The notes beneath the pieces are model-generated. The model was given only the letters and a program-made list of their open reading frames with translations. It was not told the DNA's origin and made no database searches. From Paramecium tetraurelia (Eukaryota), in NCBI GenBank assembly GCA_000165425.1, contig CT868005.1, forward strand, positions 1 through 64,000: 64,000 bases of DNA, read 5' to 3'. Position 1 is the first letter of the stretch; every line of letters starts with the position of its first letter. A program made the translations under genes and the position numbers. This document shows, piece by piece, positions 53,120-64,000 of the stretch.

Positions 53120-54740
53120 GACTCAATATTATTAATTGTTTAATTCATAGATTTAAAATAGATCGTGCTTTTCACCTTGATATGATTACTTTTCATGTTT
53201 GCCTACCCATGTGACCAAAAACTTTCCACTATTTGATACTGTGGCAAATAATTTAAAAATATTTCTTATCTAATTGACCCATTTTTATAAATCTTCCATC
53301 TTATAATTTTAAAAAGTGAATTGATTTATTATGTTTAACAATTAATTATTTTCTGTTTTGGTCATACCAAATAGGAGTATAAGTATGATCATGTATTCCT
53401 GATTCTAAATCAAAATTAAAATTCTATAATTTATTTTTCTCTTTAATTTTAGAATAAATTAATTTACCATCCTTCTAAACCAACACAAAAGAGGAATTGT
53501 CAATAAATTTGATCCTCATACCAAAAGATGAACATTTTTCTTAATTAATTATATTAATCCCTAATCAAGTGAAAACAATCTTAAGTAGCAATCCTGTCCA
53601 CATGAAACTAAATATTTTTCATCTTCGTTGAGACTAAGTCCAAATATGGATGTTGAATTTTGATTAATTTGTTGAATTTTAGGTTATCCTAGTGTTGAGG
53701 TTTCAAAATTGACTTCAAAAATTGCAATTTATCCTTTCTAAGTTCCTATAAATAATTTATCTCTCTTTTTATTCAAAAGCATGGCTTTCACACCTCCATC
53801 CAATTTTTAAGTTTCCTTCTATAATTTCCATTTCATTTATCCAGTACACTCCCAAATTTTGATTTAACAATCAAAATCTCCTCCTCCAGATATAAGGATA
53901 TCTGAATCCTTATCAAAAAGGAGACAACTTATTTCACCCTTATGTCTCATCGTATTCCCATTAATTTTATCCATTTTGCCTTCTTAAAAGGTCCAAAGAA
54001 CTATTTCATTATGTTTTGCAGTGGCAATTAATTTATCATCCTTATTGAAGCACAAAGCTTAACATTTTTCAGATTAATTTATCTGGTTTCTTTCATTGTA
54101 AATAATTTTTTGATCCAAAAATTATAGCACTGAATTTTGAGATTCTTCATCCTCTTTTTAAGCTATACAACTAAATTATAAAACACTTAATTCATTAATT
54201 CCTTATTAATTTAAAATACCCTCTATTTTTATATTGATTGTTTTCATATTTATATTGTTTAATTATTCATCTTTAATTTCTTTCTGAAGATTTTCAAGTT
54301 CTGTTCTAATTTTTTATTTCTCATCTTCCACTTTACTTTTGGATTCTTACAAACCGTTCAAATATTTTTCCAATAAACAGGATATATATAATTGTCTTCG
54401 AATACACCCTTAACATTCTTTCCCATCTCTTAGAATTGAATCTTAGTTGGAATTCTTACTTTTAATAATTAAACTATTTTGTTATGACAAAATATTAGAT
54501 TAATTCACTCCTTCATAGAAAAACAAGCTTCTTATATTTTCTAACAGAAGCATCATGGACTTTATGTCATCTATTTTTGGATCACCATTTTTAGTTATAT
54601 TAGGGTCATTAGATGGATTTTCTATATTAGAAAAATAATCTGTATATGATTGATGTTTTTCTTTCAGTTTTCCGAAAAACTCTTAAATTAGCCTTTCAAA
54701 TTTATAAAAAATCTTCTGTGGTTAAAGCAACATTGCTTTG
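53120..54740 (-). pseudogene. WD40-repeat gene, probable pseudogene
   Basis: RHKGEISCLLFDKDSDILISGGGDFDCQIKIW; SIFGLSLNEDEKYLVSCGQDCYLRLF. Frame breaks near 53545 and 53260 with no suitable intron; 5' boundary approximate. Confidence 0.6.
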
Positions 54741-54819
54741 GCTTATTATTTTATTAACTTAAGCTTTAATAGAAATGTATTTATTAAAATAAAAACCCAA
54801 ATACGTATATTTAAACATC

Positions 54820-55400
54820 AAATTAGAAAATCATAATGAATCTGTTAATTTAATATTAAAAACTTTCTAGATTATGATGTAAGTATTACTTTCAACTATT
54901 CTTGTATAATATTTCATCTGAATATGCACTAACTTCCATGAATAGTAGTTGATGCTTTTTCTAATGAAACTTCTCTTGATTAATTATTGTCAGCCACCTT
55001 ATCAAATTTATTACAAATTAATATGATAACTTCTTCCTTGTCTAACTAAGATTTTACATCATCAAAAGTTGACATTTATGTGATATCATAAATTAAATAA
55101 ACTCCTGTTGCTTTTTATTGATGATTAAAATATATATAAGCATTTTGATACTTCAATAAAATCTCCCTGTACCTTTCCTATCCAGTTGTATCCCAATAAA
55201 GTAGACTTAATGTTTAATTATTTGATACAAAGTATTTATTTTAAGCATACTCAACTCCAAAACTTGGTTGGATTACTTTTGGCAGCCTTCTCCAAAAAGG
55301 TCTTTTATCAGGTTAAATAAAACCACAACCTATTGAATAAATGGGTTTTCCAACATCTGTATTTTCAACGCAAGTGATTAAATAATTGTAATTATATAAA
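54820..55400 (-). pseudogene. Rab GTPase pseudogene
   Basis: Eroded P-loop VENTDVGKP, PSFGVEY, YWDTTGQERYR, LIYDIT, ICNKFD; FMEVSA lies in a different frame. Confidence 0.75.
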
Positions 55401-55479
55401 TATTCTTATATGATTTAATTTCTTCTAGTATGTCTATGTGAAGTTAGAGTTTTAATTTTCTTGTAATAAATAAAGTAAA

Positions 55480-56000
55480 TTTAGGTATCAAAATGATGTT
55501 GATTTCAAAAGGAGATCAGCAATAGTATGTTTATAAATTTCTGCTTCATAACCAAGTTTTAATATTTGATCTTATAGTTTCATTTTTCTATTAATACTTT
55601 CATTAAGTAATCTTACGGTGTTATAATGATAGATTGTTTTGAGCTATTTGATTCCGTAATAAGTTATAAATATTTTACCAAATATTTTAGAGAAGTAAAT
55701 TCTGACTTTAGAATAGAAGATCTTTAGCAACATCAAATATTTATTCAACTAATTTTCTTGTAGGATGACAATGATCATATCAGCTCCATACTTTTAATAA
55801 AATTTGTTTTTTTGAGTAGTTCTAAGGCTGAAACCAAGAAATCAAAGGTTTTCCCTGAGCCAGTATTTGTAACTCCTAAAACATCTCTACCTTTGAATAA
55901 AAGTGGCGTTACTCTTGCTGGAAGGAAAGTTAGATGTATTCATAATGTTATTTTATTTAGGTTATTTTCCAATTGCTATAGATTTAGTGTTCTCAATTTT
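55480..56000 (-). pseudogene. DEAD-box RNA helicase pseudogene fragment (HAS1/DDX18-like)
   Basis: ARVTPLLFKGRDVLGVTNTGSGKTFDFLVSALELL, PTRKLVEQIFDVAKDLL and DQILKLGYEAEI in discontinuous frames with TGA stops; no helicase C-terminal domain seen. Confidence 0.75.
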
Positions 56001-56394
56001 TCTTCCTATTAAAATAATCTTTTTATTATTCAGTTACTCTTGAGAATTCGTTTAATAATTATCTCTCTTCTTATTGTAATAATCCTTTTTATTCTTATAC
56101 AAATAATTATATTTATCTCCTTATTGATTTTTACATTTGTTTATTTAATTCAGTAATTACTTTTCTTTATCTTGTTGTTAATTATCGAGTTCTTTTAACA
56201 ACCTCAGTTAGTCATCATAATAATAAAATTTATGTTTAATATGTAATAATAATACGATCATAGAATAATATAATTTGACTAATAATAAGAATTATTTGAT
56301 ATACATAGTTCCTATTTTATATTAATCAATTTCATGAAGAAATGTAATTGAATTTAAAAATTTATTAAACAAATTTTTTTAGTGGTTTTTAATA

Positions 56395-57217
56395 ATGATG
56401 AGCCCAGTTAGATCAAGAGAGAATAGAAAACATTCTCAAGCTAATAGATCATTAAATTTCAGTCTTCCTAAAAGAGCTTCATCATAAATCAAGTAAAACT
56501 TTATTTAAGAAACAGAATCCATCATTTACCAAGCATCTCAAATAATTCGACTTGCTGCAGTAATTCGAATACATCTAGTCCTCCGTAAAGCTGCTCGAAA
56601 TTAGAGGATGATTAAATTGATAGTACATCGCCATTTTGATTAATAGTGTCTCCTGTTTCCCAAAATACATTCTAAGATCCCTTGAATTACTTTGCTTATG
56701 AGGACTTCAATTCGATTCTCCCTGTCACTATTAATGGTGTCAAGATTTTAAAAGTTGATTGGAGTTACTTTTCAGCACCTCCAAACATTTTATCGCGTTG
56801 GAAAGCACATTGCTTTTGGACAGTTGGATACACGTTTGACATTAATATGAGAAAAATGAAAAAATCATAGAATATCAAATATAGATTAGTCATCCAGAGT
56901 TGGTGTTGTCTCAATAATAAGTCTTGGGTAAAAAATAAATGGGATAGATTGTTGGAACATGAAACTGGCCATTATTTGATTGGATGTCTTTGTGCCTTAG
57001 AATTCAAATAAAAGTATAACAAATTTCTAATAATAGAGCTGATAAATTCAAGTATACTAAGAATTACAGGATGGAATGTACTAAACTATTCTAAGACACA
57101 TTTTAATTCTATCTTTAGATGGAAAAACAGTATGATGAAGAAACCAATCATAGTTAAAACGTATCCAAGTAAAAGGAATGGAATTAATTCATCAAGTCTG
57201 AACTTCTAAGATATTGA
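56395..57217 (+). CDS. DUF922-like putative Zn-dependent peptidase (HExxH)
   Basis: VDWSYFSAPP..NKSWVKNKWDRLLEHETGHYLIG..MEKQYDEETNHSQNVSKQKEWNQFI; introns ~56493-56515, 56623-56646, ~57013-57035. Confidence 0.75.
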
Positions 57218-60200
57218 TCATTTATTAATAATCTATCTCATTAATCCTTTCAAATTAGATGATATTTCATTTCAGTTCTTCAGAATATCGATTTTCCTAT
57301 TATTTTTGAAGAGTGTAAATAATTGATTTTCACCTCTACAATCTTGCTAGTATAATTAATTCTAAGGTAATTAATATTTTTAAAGTTGGAATTATCAAAT
57401 TATCTATCTGCTCTCATTTAGTTCTATACCTTAAATATTTTTCTTTAAATGATTTATTGTCTAATATAAATAAATTTCCTCCATCAATTATCTTATGAAC
57501 AATTTCATTTCATATCGTTTTATCATTCATCATTTCAATTCCAACTTATAATAAAGGCAATATTATAAATCTATTGAAATTATAATTCCCATTAATTGAA
57601 AGGTTTAACAATTCATTCCATATAGGTTAAACACTGTAAGATATATAATCAATTTAAAATATATATCATCAATTTCTTCCTCCATTCCTAATTCAACGTG
57701 GATTTTATAAAAATAAAAATTATTTAAGCAAAATAAAAAGATTTTTAGAATAAGTTACTCAATTGATTGTAGTTTAGTTAAATAGCAACAGGATTTGAAT
57801 TTAGTATATTATTAAAGATATAAGAATTTGATTATTGATTAAACAGAATTAATATATAACTCTTATTATTTTAAATAAAATTCCATTTAAACTTACTATT
57901 TATTAACAACAAGTTCTCTCTATATTTATTTGTAGGAGCTATGTTAAATTCAACTGATTAAATCAGAATTAGTATAATTTAGCAACCTAAATGATCTAAG
58001 CTGCCATTATCCTCAGATTTAATATCAAAGCCTCTATTTTAATAATTATTTGAAAAATCAGTAAACAAATTACTTCTGAAACTGCAACCAAAATAAAACC
58101 TTATATTCCACTTGAGATTCAAACGAGATTTAATTATTTGATTGGAATGTATATTATTAACCCTATTTAGTGATTAAAGTGATCTCGATTGAATTTAGAC
58201 AATATAGACAAACTAAAGAGATTTGTTTAAAATCCAACTGAGGATTGACTTGAATCGAAACTAGATTTTTGACATAGAAAAATTTCAGAATATTTATTAG
58301 ATCATTATATTACGCACTATTAGCTTTGCTAGATTTATTATTAAATTATTACATATAATGATTAATTATTGTTTTGTAGTGACGAACATTATGGAAGGAG
58401 GAGGGACAGAAGTAAGATTGGAAACTCAAGGTTTTATAGATTGATTTCAGTAAATTAGTATATTAATCTATAAATATGAAAGTTGGAATAGATGTTCAAA
58501 GATATTTTATATTTAATAATGCATATTTCTTAATATATTTTGGATCACATAAAGTCTATTTATGATTAAAATATCTCATTAAATAAATTATTTTATAGAG
58601 TCCATAATGAATTTTCAATAACAACCAAATATCATCAGTGGAGATTACTTTTTGTAAACTTTCTTTCTAATCAATAACCTTTATAATCAATAAATATTTT
58701 AATACAGTACAATTTATCAATAGTCAATTAGTGAATTCTTTGGTGGATTGTGCTCCAAAAGCAGAGTATAAAGAAGAAAATACTAATATTTTGGGGGATT
58801 AAAATACTGATAGAAAAATACAGAAGCCACACTAGGTCATTAGAAATTAACCAGTTGCAAGAAAATCCTTAGAAATACTTAACTAAGCAAATACTCGTTC
58901 AGATGATGAGGACAGTTCATCAAGAGTGAATGGTATCAACAAATTGTCATGATTTGATAGGTCATTGGAGCAAACAAGAACATCAATTGTATCTTTAATT
59001 TGTCAATGACCACGAAGCTATCCTGCGATCTAAATATGATAAGAAATCAAAGAAAATCTTTAAATTGATGAGCCAATGTATATAAACAAGAACAGCCACT
59101 TAATGCAGATCGCATCACTAAAAGTTCAATCCTCTATAAAAAGGCAAAAGAAAAGCAAGAAACCTTGCACGGGCCATACCATGTGTGATTACTTAAGAAA
59201 ATTGATTTTTAGCTGTTCCTTATTCATTTAAGAATTTTTTTCATTTATTTTTAAAATTTACTACCTGATCATGAGTTTTCAAATATAGGGAGGATATTAA
59301 TAAAAGCTGAAATGTAAAAATAATATGAAGAGAAGTCTTTATTAAGAAAATCAACTCTCTCCTAGTCCATCTACCATATATTCATATACTCAACTTTTTT
59401 CAAAAAACCTCTATAACTGAATATATATAAATGTTAATTAAATGCAATTTTATATTAAAATACCCCTACTAGTCAATTAAATTATGGAAATCAAAATAAT
59501 TTTATATCTTAGAATACATAAACCAATAGATGTTTGAAGATGCCTAACAGATGTTGAATAACTGAAAAGGTTAAGAGAACCATTGTTTTTACTGAAGATA
59601 AGTATTAAGATATAAAAATAAATAGAGAGTAAAGATATACAATTGTATGTGTAAATCTAATATAGTTCATAGATCATTAGTGGTATTGGAAGACAATAAA
59701 TTGTCAACATACATTAATCCATTTATTAATATGAAAAATACTTGAAAATCTACAATTTGAGTACTTCAAGATTGATGTTAATGCAAAAATCATACATTTA
59801 TCATATAATAATTAAGAAATAAAATAACCCATTCATTGATATTAATTAGATAAGCAAATCATAAGTAATTTCTAAATGTAATAAGGATACTAATTTTTCT
59901 TGTATTATGTTGACATTTGCAACATTTAAAGACTTAGTGAAGCCTGGAAAGTCTGTGAAGTTCATGATATCATGGCACTACAATTTCCATGGATACTTAT
60001 GCTAGCCAAATAATAATTGATTTAATAATTAGGGATTATTGATAAACCAGACTAGCACAAAAATCTTTATATTGAATCTTCTGAGATAATTGCATTTCAG
60101 TTGATTATAATGATTTAATCAACATCTTTGTGTTTTGAATACAGATTTGAAGAATTTCGTTATAGGTGATAATTCCTTATGTTGCTTTTAACAAATGTTG

Positions 60201-60567
60201 ATTTCAACAATATGGTAGACATCATTTATAGAATAGAATTATGATTGCTTCATTTTACAATGATGGACTAGATTTAGTAGTATTGATGCTGTGTTAGTAC
60301 ACTCTGCCTGTTGAAAAGGAGAGACCCATCATTCAAGGCAATTCCAAATAGGGCAAACCTATGTAATAGGGGAGTGTTGAGGAAGCAGTAAAATAATTGT
60401 ATTTTTTGAGATATTTGAGCCTTATTTGTTTCTGTAATTTTTGTTAAAACATATTTTAAATGTGAAAGTCCTTTAATTTAATACATATTTCAGATTAATG
60501 TTACTTGAAAGTGACCAATAATAAGAAAGTTCAAACAACAATAATCACTAACTATATAAATCTGCAT

Positions 60568-61211
60568 ATGTACTATGTCTTATAGATATACTTTCAGTCA
60601 ATAAGGAATCGACGAAAAATTTATGATGACAATGATTTTAGAGAGGTTGTCAAAAACTTTTATAATCTGATCTCTGAATTGAATAAAAGTATTTAATCAT
60701 CACTATCTGTTTATTAGTTAGGAAAATCACCAAACCTCACATGAGAAAATAACCAAAATAGACTAAATAGAGAAATGCAATTGCAAATAAGTAGCCAACA
60801 AAGGAACTTCCAACTACAAAAAGAGATATCAATATTAGACCTGGATTATTACAAGCTCAACAATACTTTAACTCTTGTTTCAGTCAATAAATTGTTAGTC
60901 AATTAATACCCAATTTCAATCAACCAAAACATGCTCCTGTTATATATGAGAAAAACAAGCAACATCTCCACTTCCAACGCAATCAGATTCACATTCAAAT
61001 TGCTTATAACATCTACATCAAGAAGTTCGGTTCCTCCCTTGTCGAAAATTAGGATCCCACCTCAGTTGCCAAAAAAGTCATGAATACCAACTTTAATCCT
61101 AAAGTAATTATCCATTTAAGAACCAGTCCCAATTCCAGGAGGAGGACAAACAAAGTGATGCCTCCGATTAGCAAAACAAACCTATTGAAGATGGTAAATA
61201 GAAACCCTTGA
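60568..61211 (+). CDS. hypothetical basic protein
   Basis: Open table-6 frame joined by one 29-nt intron (~60689-60717); no recognised motif. Confidence 0.45.
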
Positions 61212-61296
61212 AGGACTTAGTTCGAGAATTTTAGAGTGATTAATGATTTCAAAAAAATTATAGGAAGTAAGTATATAAAATAAAATCCATCAAATA

Positions 61297-62385
61297 TCAT
61301 TAATTTTTTAGTAATCTTAATTTCAACTCCATACTTGTAGATTAAATCTCCTTATTGGGTTTTGAATTAATCATGGCATTTCTTGTATTCTGTTATTCCA
61401 ATATTTTATTCCTCAAGACATCATAATTCACACTCTTTCTCTCAGCAGAATGATCTTACAATTTTTGTGTTTAATTAAATTGCTAGGCTTTTGAAATTAC
61501 ATACCGTTTCTAATACTTTTCTTAAGACACATTAGCATTATTAGTCGTATTTCCAATTTACTATTATTTAGGAATAGGGGACACACTCAACTTTTGCAAG
61601 TGATTTCGTTTATCTCTTGTTGAAATCTCGCTATTGGGAGTTAGAGGCTTCGATATTCTCTGTTTTTCATACACTATTCCAATGATTGAATCTAGAGGAT
61701 CAACAAATTCAGTTATTGATTTTCTGATGTCTGAATAATTCAAAGAAAAGAATTACAAATATGGCAACTATTCCTTAGCCATTTGATAGGTGTAATACCA
61801 ACATAATGAGTTTTCTTAAAACGAAGCACTTTGTAATTTGAATATCGTATCATGCGAAACATATTTTGAAATCTTCTCTGGAATACCATTTATACTTATT
61901 TTTGAGTTTATTGGTATCAAGTCAGACAATTTTAAAAAGCTTTCACAATTCTCTTCATTCTACAATATGCAACATAAAAATAAACAAGAAATCTTTCTCA
62001 GAGTGATATTCTTTTTATCGTTCAAATTTTTCTAAATTTTACTCAAATCTTCATGATTAAAGGATTCAAACATCTTCCTCTTAAAACTTGGATTAGCATT
62101 CATATACTCCATTAATCTCAACATAGATTCTATGAGGGATTCAATATCCGAATCAGAGTTTTTTTTTAAATTTATCATATTTAATTAAAATATACGATAC
62201 TTTCATTATTCTTATAAGAAATGCTAGGTTTAATTACCTATTCATTCTATATATTATGGTTTATTAACTTCACTTACTATTTTGTTCTTGTATACTTTAG
62301 TACTTTAATAATGCTTATGATTTCAATCATTTATAGTTACTCTTTGATCTACTGTTATAGATAGTGGGGTAGTTTATTCCTTCAT
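61297..62385 (-). CDS. hypothetical protein
   Basis: Long open frame (..SDSDIESLIESMLRLMEYM..LCWYYTYQ..FVDPLDSIIGIVY..) ending TGA at 61297-61299; 5' exons uncertain. Confidence 0.55.
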
Positions 62386-62699
62386 TTTTAGAATCAATCC
62401 AAGTTGAAACACTTGAAATAGGTTTACTAACAACTTAGTTTATTGGATTCCTATAAATAGATATATATCTATACGTTAATATAGAATAACTTCATAGTAT
62501 TGAAAGATAATTATTTAGAATTAATAATGCGTAGATATATCTTATTAATATGAGTTATTTTATCAAGATTCTTGAATTCAGGAGCAATCAGTTAAACTAA
62601 GATATGAAGGAATTTAGAAGCTAATTTAATATTAAAAAATAGAGTTGTGGAAAATGAAAATAAAATATAGTCAATATCTAATCAAAATAAATCAGTGCT

Positions 62700-63188
62700 T
62701 CAATGCTTTCTAAAATTACTGAATTGCACCTGCTTATCAAAACTGACTTTCTTATTTGATTTAATTGATCCTATAGATTATTGATCATTTGATATGTGTT
62801 CTGAACTATGATTTCCATTTTTGTGAAGTTTGAGAATGGATTTGGGTTTGAGCAAATCAAAACTGGAACTATTTGGTTCGAATGATATATCATTTTTCAT
62901 CCCGCTCTCATTGCATTGAGGTTGTGCAAAGGTCTTTTTAAGCCAAGGATGTTGAGCATTATTATCCATTTCTTCTGATTATTGTGCTGTATATTACATC
63001 TTAGGTTCATCCACTTCGGTCTTCTAGACTTGAGCTAGCAAAGGAGAGTCTTCTCTTTCTATAACGTCGTCAACTACCATAATTTTTGAGACCTTCTCAA
63101 GTTTTACGGTACAGGGAGGACGTTTGATAAAGACTCGAACCTCGTGAATCGAAAGAGTACGCTATTTGGGACAGATGCTAATTCCCAT
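62700..63188 (-). CDS. small N-acylated protein with SILK and RVxF motifs (candidate PP1 interactor)
   Basis: Intronless 162 aa: MGISICPK...LLKPKSILKLHK...SNKKVSFDKQVQFSNFRKH-TGA. Confidence 0.75.
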
Positions 63189-63235
63189 TTGATCTATATG
63201 ATTTGAATATTAATTATATAATAACACAAGGAGAA

Positions 63236-64000
63236 ATGAATTGTAATTTTTAGCAATATCCTCAATAGAGTACAAGTTGGTTGGCAAAAAAGGAGAAGGA
63301 ACATTTTCAGAAGTGATCAAATCTCAATCATTCAAGACTGGAAATTATGTTGCAATTAAATGCATGAAAAATAAATTCACATCCATTGAACAAGTAAGTC
63401 ATACTGATTAAGTGTAGGTTAATCATTTGAGAGAGATACAGGCACTAAGAAAGCTGAGTCCTCATGATCACATTATCAAGTTGATCGAAGTTCTATAGTA
63501 TGAAAATCACATAAATTTAATTTAGTGACGAACCCACAGGACGATTGGCTTTGGTGTTTGAGTTGATGGAATAGAATTTGTATGAACATATTAAAGGTAT
63601 TATTATCAACATTTCAAATAGGGAGAAGATAACCTTTGAATCCTTAAAAAGTTAAATCATTTATGTACTAACTGCTAAAATCTATTGGACATATGCACAA
63701 AAATGGCATCTTTCACAGAGACGTTAAACCGTAATCAATATTCAAATTATTAGTGAAAACATTCTACTAAACGCAGACCATCTCAAACTTGCCGATTTCG
63801 GATCGTGCAAAGGAATCTACTCCAAACATCCTTATACTGAGTATTACTATCAATTCTATCTCTCACTCTAGATATATCTCTACTAGATGGTACAGAGCCC
63901 CTGAATGCTTATTGACAGATGGCTATTATGATCATAAAATGGATCTCTGGGGAGTAGGATGTGTCATGTTTGAAATCATAGCCTTATTTCCACTCTTCCC
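63236..64000 (+). CDS. MOK: MOK/RAGE (LF4-type) MAP-related kinase, 5' part (runs off window)
   Basis: [75 protein letters not shown]; six short introns. Confidence 0.93.

Noticed and set aside
53530..53565. Retained IES as explanation for the WD40 frameshift
   Set aside because: TA dinucleotides are ubiquitous here, no convincing TAYAG-type ends, and a second independent frameshift exists.
57250..60540. Several coding-like stretches
   Set aside because: Could not assemble an open spliced frame or recognise a family; left unannotated.

Overview
AT-rich ciliate macronuclear DNA, almost certainly Paramecium (aurelia-type). TAA/TAG read as Gln, TGA is the only stop, and introns are 22-33 nt GT..AG, so the supplied ORF track is fragmented and largely misleading. 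I re-read the genes by eye with translation table 6. The first ~12 kb is gene-poor and decayed, with two 150-N gaps. Between the gaps lies a TPR gene built from 13 consecutive exons of exactly 102 nt (one repeat length each), separated by phase-1 introns, with variable helix-A residues; this is the most unusual object in the window. The gene-dense middle holds a ~2,700-aa coiled-coil protein, a PHD/WSD chromatin factor, ARMC9-like, RBR E3, two 3R-Myb genes, a myristoylated pseudokinase, a bacterial-type ROK fructokinase head-to-head with a P4-ATPase/guanylyl cyclase fusion, RPL26, histone H4, a PTB/hnRNP-L-like protein, a DNA ligase, a 7TM protein and NTMT1. The right end has WD40, Rab and DEAD-box pseudogenes, a DUF922-like HExxH protein, and a lipidated SILK/RVxF protein divergent from a MOK/LF4 kinase. 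No searches were run; family calls rest on motif recognition.
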